In this document: positions 1 to 8,427 of the stretch, in pieces | How positions within the stretch are numbered: the stretch's first letter is position 1 | How the letters are laid out: each line of letters starts with the position of its first letter | Origin: Thermoanaerobaculia bacterium | Lineage (GTDB): Bacteria; Acidobacteriota; Thermoanaerobaculia; Gp7-AA8 | DNA: 64,000 bases | Direction of reading: 5' to 3' | NCBI GenBank assembly: GCA_035996815.1 | Contig: DASYJF010000114.1 | Location: forward strand, 70,786 to 134,785 | Notes under the pieces: model-generated | Databases searched by the model: none | Seen by the model: only the letters and a program-made list of their open reading frames with translations | Told to the model about the DNA's origin: nothing | Position numbers and translations under genes: made by a program

Positions 1-1
1 C

Positions 2-127
2 GTCTGGGATACGCAGGCGAATTTCGACCGCTTCGGCCAGACGCTGATGCCCATACTCCAGGAGCTCGGTATCGATCCCGGCACTCCCGAGTTCATCGAG
101 GCCCACAACTTCATCCGGGGCGCCTGA
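2..127 (+). CDS. 3' end of an upstream gene that enters the window (C-terminal 41 codons); product not identifiable
   Basis: Open frame from the window edge to TGA at 125-127. No diagnostic motif. Confidence 0.3.
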   Translation, partial: VWDTQANFDRFGQTLMPILQELGIDPGTPEFIEAHNFIRGA

Positions 128-767
128 CGGCGAGAGACGGCTTGCGGATCTTTCCAGCGAAGATCTCTCCGGCTCCGTCGATCGAGACGGCGGATCGCCG
201 AAGCGCTGATCGACGAAACACGGTACGACGTGACTCCTGCAGACGAGCTCGGAGTGGACCTCACATCCGTTTCACGCCGCGCCTTGCGCTATCGCGCCGA
301 GCGCGAGGCCACATCGAACGCGCCACGCGTGCGTGAAGCAAAGGCGATCGAAACCACCTGGCTGTAGCGACGGCGCATGGACCTTCGACGGCACGACGCT
401 GTGATTCCTCCGCGAGATCGCGACCGCCCCGCCGGACCGGCCGATGCCGTTGGTGTTGCGGGTGAAGCGGGTAGCCAAACGGTCGAGAACGCTACCCGTC
501 TCGGCACGACGGTGACCGCACCCGTTCGCCGATCGCGTCGAAGATAAGTTTCCAAAGCGAGCTGATGCTTAGCTTGGAATCGGAACTTGAATCCGCTCCG
601 CGAGCCGGCGGCGCTTCAGCATGCGTGGAATGGATAGACGATCTCCGCCATTTCGAAGACGTTGTCGAAGTTGAACAAGGGGTACTATAACCCCTTAACA
701 ATCGATGAAACGCTCGCTCGCGGCCTATCGCTTGCACGGTAAGCCATTGCAATTTTGAAGGGGAACG

Positions 768-998
768 ATGGTACAGAATGAAACGGTGGACCGCCGTGCG
801 ATTATCCTTACGTTGATCCGAAAGGGAGGACGGGCGTGTGCTGCGGATATTGCGAATGACCTTCCGCAACCGATCGCGGCAAGCAAACTCGTGCCCGTCG
901 TGGAAGCTCTTGCGGACGAGGGCGTCATCGAGCGGGTTTCGGAGGACTCCGGCCGCAAGTATGACGAAACGCAGACGGTCTACGCCTTGAAGTCCTGA
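768..998 (+). CDS. small (76 aa) putative winged-helix DNA-binding protein
   Basis: ORF preceded by a GAAGGGGAA Shine-Dalgarno-like motif. Short helical basic protein. Function inferred only from composition. Confidence 0.4.
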   Translation: MVQNETVDRRAIILTLIRKGGRACAADIANDLPQPIAASKLVPVVEALADEGVIERVSEDSGRKYDETQTVYALKS

Positions 999-1063
999 AA
1001 TCGGACCTCGGCCGACGTTCTGCGTCCCTTCCTCCGACGAACCCGACATCAACGCGCAGATCT

Positions 1064-1909
1064 ATGAATGCCTTTACGTCTGCGCTCCAAACATTCGACG
1101 TCGCGGAGATCGCGACGGGACTTGCTGCCGTCGTTGTGGTTCTGGCAGGTCTGGTCCTGCGATCAACGAATAGCAGGCGAAGTGCAAGCGGTTTCGTCTG
1201 GCCTGCGTTGCTGTTATTCAAGGGTCGTATCAGTCTCTGGATCGTAATTAAGACAACATTGGCGTTTGCCCTTCTTCATGCGGCGCGGCTCCACGGATCC
1301 GCTCTGAGCGTCCAGTTTCTCCTTGCCCTATCTCTGACAGCCGCACCGGAAGTGATTGAAGCATTCATCCCGGAGATTCAGAACGAGAAGGTCGCTCAAT
1401 TCGTCTTTCTTGCAATGCAACGAACCAACTTCAGTGTCATTCAACTTCTGAATGCCGGCATCACTCGTATACGGGAGCATGCGAATTACGACTGGCAGAA
1501 CCGCCGCGGTCAATGGCAGTTTGGCGTGAGCTCCGAAGAAGTTGGAAGACGCATTCGCATTCTCTACGAACAAAACAAACGCGAAATCGCCAATTCGCTT
1601 CGAAAACCGGATCTGCTCGCGTTTGACGCCGGGGTCGTACCTGCGCAGAAGTTCTACTTACTCATCGATTTTCTCGGACCGAAATGGCTGAACGCCGCTT
1701 TGCGCGAGTTCTCTGCAGACCCGGCGACTCCGATAACCATTGCATGGGACGGGAGCGAGCGACGCAGAGCGCAGGTACGTCAAGGCCACCCGCGCAGACG
1801 CCCAATTGACGACGCGAAACTTTGCGGACTAGTCTCACGCGGTCAGGCGTTTCCAGCGTATAACGCGTCACCCGCTGCTTCGGGCAACAAACGGATGAAG
1901 AAGAGTTAG
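1064..1909 (+). CDS. hypothetical membrane protein (281 aa), lower GC than surroundings
   Basis: Long ORF with N-terminal hydrophobic helices and no recognisable domain. GC is visibly lower than the flanks. Confidence 0.5.
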   Translation: MNAFTSALQTFDVAEIATGLAAVVVVLAGLVLRSTNSRRSASGFVWPALLLFKGRISLWIVIKTTLAFALLHAARLHGSALSVQFLLALSLTAAPEVIEAFIPEIQNEKVAQFVFLAMQRTNFSVIQLLNAGITRIREHANYDWQNRRGQWQFGVSSEEVGRRIRILYEQNKREIANSLRKPDLLAFDAGVVPAQKFYLLIDFLGPKWLNAALREFSADPATPITIAWDGSERRRAQVRQGHPRRRPIDDAKLCGLVSRGQAFPAYNASPAASGNKRMKKS

Positions 1910-2057
1910 TACGCGCGCGAGCGACCGAGGCTGGCCTCGATCGCAAAACCGTTCGCCATCCGCCGTCCTGTCCGAAACTTGCATACACTCGCCGAAGCCC
2001 CGTTGATGGCGGATGACGATCTCCACGCGATGATCGAACACAAAGGAGTACACGAAC

Positions 2058-2534
2058 ATGACACCGAAAAACACGATTTGCCTCTGGTACGACAAAGACG
2101 CGGTTGACGCGGCACGCTTCTACGCCGCCACCTTCCCGGATAGTGAAGTGACCGCGGTTCATGAGGCGCCTGATGACTATCCCGGCGGGAAGAAGGGCGA
2201 TGTACTGACCGTGGAATTCACCGTTTTCGGCATTCCCTGCCTCGGTCTCAACGGTGGTCCGATGTTCAAGCACAGCGAGGCCTTTTCGTTCCAAATTGCG
2301 ACGAACGATCAGGAAGAGACGGACCGCTACTGGAATGCGATCGTCGGCAATGGAGGAGAGGAAAGCCAATGTGGTTGGTGCAAGGATCGCTGGGGCCTCT
2401 CCTGGCAGATCACTCCCCGCGTGCTGACCGACGCGCTCGCGGCTGGTGGCGATGAGGCAAAGCGTGCCTTCGAAGCGATGATGCCGATGAAGAAAATCGA
2501 CGTTGCCACCATCGAGGCCGCGCGCCGAGGCTGA
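2058..2534 (+). CDS. VOC/PhnB-like protein (3-demethylubiquinone-9 3-methyltransferase domain family, COG2764-type)
   Basis: N-terminal LWYDKDA...FY motif and length typical of PhnB-like glyoxalase-fold proteins. AAGGAG ribosome-binding site 8 nt upstream of the ATG. Confidence 0.8.
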   Translation: MTPKNTICLWYDKDAVDAARFYAATFPDSEVTAVHEAPDDYPGGKKGDVLTVEFTVFGIPCLGLNGGPMFKHSEAFSFQIATNDQEETDRYWNAIVGNGGEESQCGWCKDRWGLSWQITPRVLTDALAAGGDEAKRAFEAMMPMKKIDVATIEAARRG

Positions 2535-2538
2535 CGAT

Positions 2539-3486
2539 TCAGCGTCGGGCTGAGCCAGCCGCATTTCCCCGCGCGACTGCCCGAGGCGTTCCGAACACGA
2601 GGCCTGTCTCGATCTCGGATGGCTTGCCGTCGACTATGTACGGTTTGAGTCGCCACGCTCGAAGAGCAGAGATGATGGCTTCGGACTGATCGGGGAAGGC
2701 GCTGAGGAGATGGACGTGCTTCACCCGCCCTTCGCCGTCGATGGTCACGCGGACCGGGATCGTGTTGAAGCGGCGCGTCGCCAGGTAAGGTTCGGTCTTC
2801 TCGATGACGTTGTCGCCGTGCGCGTAACCCTTCACGCAAAGCGGCGCATCACTTTCCTTCGCCAGGGAGATGCCGCTCATCGCCCGCTCGGCCGCATCGA
2901 GCGCCGCCTTGTCGCGGCCGGTGAAAGTGAACGTCAAGGCGTGGCATCGCGCGTCGGTTGAAAGTACGCGCCAATGGAGTCCGACAATCGGCGCTCCGTA
3001 TGCGACACGATAAAACGTCCGGCTGGCGATCTTCACCTCTTCCGGTCCACGCTCGATTTCGTACTGCGGCACGACTCCTCGGCGAAGAGAGGCCATCAAC
3101 TCCCTGGCCGACTGGGCGGCATTCGCACTGAAGAAGAGGTCCTGCGCCGACACCAGCACGTGGGCTTTCACTCTCTGCGGCTCGCGGTCCCAGAAGGCGA
3201 ATTGCGTCAGGACGTAGCTGCCGCCGTCGGACGGTGGAGGCCCCGCCGGCTCTTCAGTCCAGCCGGCGGGGATTGGATACGACAGGTTGAAATACGCGTT
3301 GTTGTAGCGGTCACCGGCCACCTTCCCTTCCTCCGGCAGCGGCGTCACCGAGTCGCTCGTGCCCGGCGTCGCCCCTTTGACGAGGATCACGCCGTGCGGA
3401 ACCACCGGAACCGTTCCCGCATCGACCGGCAGGCCGATGCAGATCGCGAACAGCGAGGAGAGAGAGTGCCTGGTGAGTCGCCACAT
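2539..3486 (-). CDS. secreted protein with C-terminal TonB-C (energy transducer) domain
   Basis: Signal-peptide-like N-terminus. C-terminal RVTIDGEGRV...LRAWRLKPYIVDGKP...GLVFG resembles the TonB C-terminal domain. Confidence 0.7.
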   Translation of the reverse strand: MWRLTRHSLSSLFAICIGLPVDAGTVPVVPHGVILVKGATPGTSDSVTPLPEEGKVAGDRYNNAYFNLSYPIPAGWTEEPAGPPPSDGGSYVLTQFAFWDREPQRVKAHVLVSAQDLFFSANAAQSARELMASLRRGVVPQYEIERGPEEVKIASRTFYRVAYGAPIVGLHWRVLSTDARCHALTFTFTGRDKAALDAAERAMSGISLAKESDAPLCVKGYAHGDNVIEKTEPYLATRRFNTIPVRVTIDGEGRVKHVHLLSAFPDQSEAIISALRAWRLKPYIVDGKPSEIETGLVFGTPRAVARGNAAGSARR

Positions 3487-3499
3487 AGTTCTCCCTTAC

Positions 3500-4936
3500 T
3501 TACAGTGAGCGCAGGAAGTTCAAAAGGTCCTGCTTCTCCGTATTCGCCAGAGCATTGAAGTTGAGCACCGCGGTATTGGCCTCGGAGCCGGTCGAGGAAT
3601 GCTGATCGATGGCCTTGAGAAGGTCGGGGGTCCGGCCATCGTGCAGGAGGAAGATCCGCTTCCCAAGTCCCCACAGCGGCGCCGTGCGGAACTGGTCGCC
3701 CCCCGCCGTTCCTTGCGAGACGTTGTCTGCCAGCTTGGACCCCATGTGATGAATCTCCAGGTCGCTGAACAGGTTCATCTTCTGATTGTCAAGGCTGGGC
3801 GTGATCGACGACGAGAACGAAGGGAACACGTTGTGATGGCAGACCTCGCATCCGATCTTGTTGAAGAACTCCTCCCCTTTCTTGATCGAGTCTGTCCCGC
3901 CCGGCGTGTCCGGCGATCTCTCCGGCGGAGCCAGGAGACGCATGAACATTGCGAACTGCACGGAGTCGCTCAACGTATCGATGGAGCCGACGTTGAAGTT
4001 CGTATGGTCCTCGGGCGTCGCATTGAGCTTGCACGGATTGGGAAGTCCCAGGACCCTCTCCTCTTCGGGCGTGGGATGCTCCTGGGTGAACAGCTCGTTG
4101 CTCACGCCCTGCTCGACGTTGTAGGCCTCACCGGCAAAAAGCTCCAACGACTTGTTCTGGGCCTTCCAGCCGAAGCGGGCGATCGTGCCGTCGTTGCCGT
4201 TGTGGTTGAACGTTCCGGCGATGCCGAAAGAATTGCTGGCTACTGACGCCTGGTACGACAGAAGGTCGGTCTCCTCGATGTTCTCGACGAGACCCCCTCC
4301 GAATAACGGCGTCGGAATGCGGAAGATGACGTTGTTGTGTGCGACAGCCGAGGCAAAATCGGGCTGGGAAATCACGGACGTCGTGCAGGGACCGGCGTCA
4401 CTGCGCCCGGCGATGGTGAAGAGGTCCTCGACCCCGCCGTTCGGCTGGCTGGGGATGGGATTGCCGGCCGAATCGGTAAAAAAGATGAAGCGAGCCTCAC
4501 GCACAGGGCCGCTGAGGGTGACGAACGAAGGCGGCAAGTTGACCGCGCCGTCCGCACCCGCGTCGACGATCTGCGGATTGACCGCGGGGCTGGTGCCGCC
4601 GGTGGCGGGGAAAGCGTGGCAACGGGCGCAGCCCATTGCATTGAAACGGGGGCCGAGCCCCTTGCCTTTCTCGCCGCGGATCGTTCCGTTGACGGAGTCG
4701 ACCTCCTCGAAGCGGGTCTTTGCGTCGTTGAAGAAGTTCAGGATCGTGATGGGATTGTTCGCCGCCACCGAGGCGAGCGGCCCGCCCGCTCCGGGCGGAC
4801 CACCGCGAATGCCCGGATCGGACTGAGAGAACGCCTGGAGAGCAAACAACAAGACACCGAGGGTAAGGACCGCTGTAGTGCGCGATTTCACACAGACCTC
4901 CTTGAAGGGTTGACATCTACGACCAGCCTTGGACAC
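3500..4936 (-). CDS. DUF1111-family di-haem cytochrome c peroxidase-like protein (thiol oxidoreductase-like)
   Basis: Two CxxCH haem-binding motifs (CARCH, CEVCHH) about 230 aa apart, signal peptide, about 480 aa. This architecture is typical of DUF1111. Confidence 0.8.
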   Translation of the reverse strand: MSKAGRRCQPFKEVCVKSRTTAVLTLGVLLFALQAFSQSDPGIRGGPPGAGGPLASVAANNPITILNFFNDAKTRFEEVDSVNGTIRGEKGKGLGPRFNAMGCARCHAFPATGGTSPAVNPQIVDAGADGAVNLPPSFVTLSGPVREARFIFFTDSAGNPIPSQPNGGVEDLFTIAGRSDAGPCTTSVISQPDFASAVAHNNVIFRIPTPLFGGGLVENIEETDLLSYQASVASNSFGIAGTFNHNGNDGTIARFGWKAQNKSLELFAGEAYNVEQGVSNELFTQEHPTPEEERVLGLPNPCKLNATPEDHTNFNVGSIDTLSDSVQFAMFMRLLAPPERSPDTPGGTDSIKKGEEFFNKIGCEVCHHNVFPSFSSSITPSLDNQKMNLFSDLEIHHMGSKLADNVSQGTAGGDQFRTAPLWGLGKRIFLLHDGRTPDLLKAIDQHSSTGSEANTAVLNFNALANTEKQDLLNFLRSL

Positions 4937-5109
4937 GCGGAAACTTCACTGGACTGCCGATGACGGGGACACGAGCGCTCGATGAACCAAATGCGGATTC
5001 GGCGGTGTTCATATGGCGTGCCAGACGAATGGAGAGGCGGCCTTAAATATCGAGCTCGACCGGTAGCGTCGCGCGCTACCGGGAGGACGAATTCGAACTT
5101 CCGCTCTCG

Positions 5110-5514
5110 CTATTCGGCGGAGCGATCGAGGTAGGCTTTGATTCTGGACCAGTACTGATCGCGCCAGGCCTGTTCGGTCTCAGGGATCAGGTCCTTCGGA
5201 ACGCCGCGATGCACCAGCACGAGCTCGGTCCCGCCATCAGCCGTTGGCGTCAGCGTCACCGCGGCCATCGAGAAGACACCCTCGGGGAATCGGCGGTGGC
5301 GCCAGGCCTGAACGATGCGCCGTCCGGGGACGAGGTCGACGTTGATCCCGGTGACATCACTCTCACCGATGGAGAACGTCCCTCCAACCTTCCCGCTGAT
5401 GATCGCCCGCTTGCCAGTGAACGCGCTGTGCTTCCGCGAGTCAGCCAGCAGATCGTAAACGGTCGCCGGATCGGCTTTGAACTTCACGCGCTGCTTGATG
5501 GTCTTGCACATGGC
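5110..5514 (-). CDS. SRPBCC / AHSA1 (activator of Hsp90 ATPase homologue)-like domain protein
   Basis: Residues from MCKTIKQRVKFKADPATVYDLLADSRKHSAFTG resemble Aha1/SRPBCC. The longer ORF to 5685 is low-complexity and AT-rich, so the internal ATG was chosen. Confidence 0.65.
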   Translation of the reverse strand, partial: AMCKTIKQRVKFKADPATVYDLLADSRKHSAFTGKRAIISGKVGGTFSIGESDVTGINVDLVPGRRIVQAWRHRRFPEGVFSMAAVTLTPTADGGTELVLVHRGVPKDLIPETEQAWRDQYWSRIKAYLDRSAE

Positions 5515-6054
5515 GTGGAAAGGTACTCGTGACGATGACCTGCTCAGAATAAGGATACAAAACATTCGTCCTAATACCGCGCAGGTCGAGGCGGAACGGC
5601 TGCGACAGCGTATCTCGCGGCACCTCTTCAACAGCGCGCTCGCGTCAGGTCGCCATCGCTCACTACACCGGGCATCTTCAAGCACTCAGGCGTCGTGCTC
5701 TCGCTTGACTGCGTCTCGTGCGATGGCTCTCGCCAGATCACTGAAGATCACCGCGTGCAGGGGGTAAAGGAGATACCGTAGAGAGCGCCGGCGAGACCAC
5801 GCGGCGACGCTGTTCGATGAATGCCGCGCATCACTCCATCGCGTTTCTGCCTCATGGGCGTCATCGAGCGCTGCCGACACAGCGTCGCGATACTGGATCG
5901 GCACGATCTGCGGCATAGGGTGCGCGCCCGCACCGTGTCGGCAAGTACGGGCTCGACGATTCCTTCGTGAGCATCGCGGTCGGCATCCATCTGTCGAAAT
6001 CCTGCAACGGCCGGACGCGCCGTACGGGCGCGCCCGGCCTACTGCATGGTTACC

Positions 6055-6600
6055 TCAAAACTGGGTCGTGGGTACCGGCGACGGCGCCGGGACGTGCGGC
6101 GGATCCGCTACCGTCCGGTGCTTCCGTCCGAAGCGGTTTGCTTTCCGCATCACTGCGACATGCGGAAGCAGAGCCGCGTGAGCCGGTGAGCGCACCAGAC
6201 TCTTGCTCACAGCGTACGTGAGCAACGCCGCTTCGCCGAGACGGTTGCGCCGCGTCAGGTTCGCCGAGGTGACGCCGCGCAGCATGGACCGCAGCTCGTC
6301 TTCCACCTTCGACCACCGTGCGGTCGTCTCCGCCTCCTGCTGCAGCTCCTCGGGCGTTCTTCCGACCACGCTCAGCACCACCGGAGATGCGCCGATGGCG
6401 TTGATTGCGGCTTGCGCAAACTCCGGATGCACATTGGCGGCGGGTTGGATCGCCCTCGCATCCGCCGCCGGCAGCTGCACGAATTCCGGGATCTGCTGGC
6501 GCAGCACGCGGAGCTGCTCCACGATCGATTCCGGCGTCATTACCGGGTCCCCTGCCGCCGCGGCGGCGTTCGTTTCACTAACTGCATTTTCGTTAGACAT
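6055..6600 (-). CDS. hypothetical protein, paralogue A of a duplicated unknown family (see 9600..10076)
   Basis: Strong AGGAAAGGAG ribosome-binding site before MSNENAV. The protein aligns along its length with the 9600..10076 product (shared ...RWSxVEDELxSMLRGVxxANLxRR... block and basic C-terminus). Confidence 0.55.
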   Translation of the reverse strand: MSNENAVSETNAAAAAGDPVMTPESIVEQLRVLRQQIPEFVQLPAADARAIQPAANVHPEFAQAAINAIGASPVVLSVVGRTPEELQQEAETTARWSKVEDELRSMLRGVTSANLTRRNRLGEAALLTYAVSKSLVRSPAHAALLPHVAVMRKANRFGRKHRTVADPPHVPAPSPVPTTQF

Positions 6601-7014
6601 GATGAAACTCCTTTCCTGCCCCGAAGGGCAAATGGTTATGGGACGGCGCTCGGGCTGAGTGCGCAGCTCGGACGCCGTTCCGGGATGGAACGTCTGAGCG
6701 CAACGTCGCAAACCGTTCGCTCGCCTGCCCCCACAGGCCGCGGACCTCGGGGGTTGTTATGTGGGTATGAGGCTGGAGGAGCTAACGCTCAACTCCACTT
6801 GGATCGGGGTCCTTCGCGCCTTGACACAAGCTCGAAGGACTCAGTACCTCATTCGAGTAACGGCCATTTACCACCGCCGTCTCTGGCTCAGGATTCGAGA
6901 CCCCTTGACTCAAGGATCTGCCTTTGCCTAACACAACAATATAGCTTCGTGATCACGGGATGTCAAGGGGGGTAGACGCTTTGGTAGTGGGGCAGTTTGA
7001 TGTTACGGGTTAGA

Positions 7015-7209
7015 TCAATGGCGAAAGATGGCATTCGCTACGCCAACGAACGCCACAGCCGCAGCAAGAAGAGCTAAGCCCGCCGCCTCGGGATGCCCCG
7101 TCCAACTTGAGGAAGCCAAAGCAAGAGCGGCAATACCCGCAGCCAAGGCGCCAAGGACCGCGCCACCTCCAACAGTTCTCGCTCTCGATACGTTATCCGT
7201 CGAGCTCAT
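7015..7209 (-). CDS. possible small (64 aa) two-helix membrane protein
   Basis: MSSTDNV...GGGAVLGALAAGIAALALA...LALLAAAVAFVGVA is hydrophobic and Gly/Ala-rich. There is no homology support. Confidence 0.25.
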   Translation of the reverse strand: MSSTDNVSRARTVGGGAVLGALAAGIAALALASSSWTGHPEAAGLALLAAAVAFVGVANAIFRH

Positions 7210-7330
7210 GATGCTTCCGCCCCACGAACATCCTACGCCTGTTGAACCCGTGCCGCTTTGCACTCGTTATCTGGGCAAGTTTCGCCTCATTCCCGGCGCG
7301 CGTTGCCTCGCGAATGGCGACGCGTGGTCT

Positions 7331-7504
7331 CGATATCAGGAACGTTCGCCACGACATTGAAAAAAATCAGTTCGAGACTGAGAACGCGTGCCTCGATCAT
7401 GACGCCGTTGTCGCTTCGTATTGACGTGCGTTCATGATGGAACGGGCCGTTTTCACTGTCGAAGTGATTTTTTTTCAATGTCGTGGCGAACGTTCCTGAT
7501 ATCG
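7331..7504. repeat. MITE-like element: perfect 36-bp terminal inverted repeats (CGATATCAGGAACGTTCGCCACGACATTGAAAAAAA / reverse complement) flanking a 102-bp core
   Basis: 7331-7366 is the exact reverse complement of 7469-7504. The inner ends are A7 and T7 runs. Confidence 0.8.
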
Positions 7505-7595
7505 AGCTGCACGTTTCTGATAGGGAAGTGAACGTTTCTGATATCGAGCTGCACGCTTCTGATATGGAAGCGAACGTTCCCTATGTTGAAGCTCC
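7488..7595. repeat. about 2.5 tandem copies of a 42-bp unit (GAACGTTYCTGATATCGAGCTGCACGYTTCTGATAKGGAAGY) reusing the inverted-repeat-arm motif
   Basis: Direct repeats begin inside the right inverted repeat of the MITE-like element. Each unit contains an internal 21-bp sub-repeat and a GATATC palindrome. Confidence 0.75.
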
Positions 7596-7780
7596 ATGGC
7601 GCGTTCATGAAGCGAATTCCGAAGTGATCCCGTCGGCGCGTGAAAAGAGCGCTGCGAATCAGTCAAATCGACAGTCCGACGTCGCCCTCCAGAACGGATG
7701 CCTTCAGCTGCGGGCGGCCGACTTCGAGTCCCTGCCTCTGTCATACGCGTAAGTTAAAGATTAGACAGGGCCGAAACCCT

Positions 7781-7872
7781 TGGCTGGGGAGGATTGCACG
7801 TATTCGAACCGCAGCGCTCGCGGATGTGGCTTGGATCAAAAGTAGGTGGCCGAGGCTGGGCCAACCTGCGCT
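7781..7872 (-). other. degenerate tRNA 3'-end-like fragment (ends ...GGTTCGAATACGTGCAATCCTCCCCAGCCA)
   Basis: A T-loop-like GGTTCGA and a CCCAGCCA tail are similar to the adjacent tRNA-Gln 3' end. No complementary acceptor 5' strand is present, so it is not a functional tRNA. Confidence 0.4.
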
Positions 7873-7887
7873 GGCGGCCGTGCCGCC

Positions 7888-7961
7888 TGGCTGGGAGACA
7901 GGGAGTCGAACCCCGATTGAGCGGTTCAGAGCCGCTTGTCCTACCATTGAACGATCTCCCA
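7888..7961 (-). tRNA. tRNA-Gln (anticodon CUG), CCA encoded
   Basis: The reverse complement folds as a cloverleaf: acceptor TGGGAGA/TCTCCCA, discriminator G, anticodon loop CUCUGAA, T-arm CGGGG-TTCGACT-CCCTG, then CCA. Confidence 0.8.
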
Positions 7962-8052
7962 GTGATGGCGGGCGGTGGATGCTACACGGCGCTCAACGCC
8001 TCGGTCAATGTCCTCATTCCGTGCGGTCGCGGACGGAGCCGTCCGCCGTTTC

Positions 8053-8412
8053 ATGCGACAATCGCCGGGCGAGGATGAGTCTGTGTTACCCGAGGTTTTT
8101 GAGTGTCCGCAGTGCCAGCGGCAGTTTGTTTTTGAGCTCGTCGAGAGCGCCGACGACCGCTCCATCTACTGCCCGCAGTGCAAGCGCTACCTCGGCGAGA
8201 AGGACCTCAACTTCATCCTCATTTCCGAGATCGAGGAGCTGACCGAGCGCCTCCGCTTCGAGCGCGAACGCCTCGAAAAGGACGAAGCCCTCTACTCGAT
8301 GTCCGACTGCGATGCGGAGCTGAAACTGTATGGCACCGAGGTCCACACCGTCGTCAGCATTCTTCGCAAGGCCGTGGCGGAGCTGGAAGCGCTGAAAGAA
8401 CAGTATCGCTAG
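8053..8412 (+). CDS. zinc-ribbon protein (CPQC...CPQC) with C-terminal coiled coil
   Basis: Two CxxC pairs 24 residues apart followed by a charged helical tail. Start is uncertain (ATG 8053 or GTG 8083). Confidence 0.5.
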   Translation: MRQSPGEDESVLPEVFECPQCQRQFVFELVESADDRSIYCPQCKRYLGEKDLNFILISEIEELTERLRFERERLEKDEALYSMSDCDAELKLYGTEVHTVVSILRKAVAELEALKEQYR

Positions 8413-8427
8413 GCCGCGAGAGTCGTG

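Noticed and set aside
2-366. In-frame TGA at 125-127 followed by about 80 more sense codons in the same frame (ending 364-366). A hairpin (GATCTT-N7-AAGATC) lies about 25 nt downstream. Possible selenocysteine recoding or readthrough.
   Set aside because: There is no Cys/Sec-type redox motif around the TGA. Hairpin distance and shape are atypical for a bacterial SECIS. The downstream frame lacks support beyond being open in GC-rich DNA. More likely a normal stop.
492-1052. 186-aa minus-strand ORF and several 60-90-aa ORFs in 128-760.
   Set aside because: No start context, low-complexity composition and mutual overlap. The region was left unannotated except for the small plus-strand wHTH-like ORF at 768..998.
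7781-7872. Second tRNA adjacent to tRNA-Gln.
   Set aside because: It has a T-loop and CCA-like tail but no complementary 5' acceptor strand or D-arm. It was called a tRNA 3'-end remnant instead.
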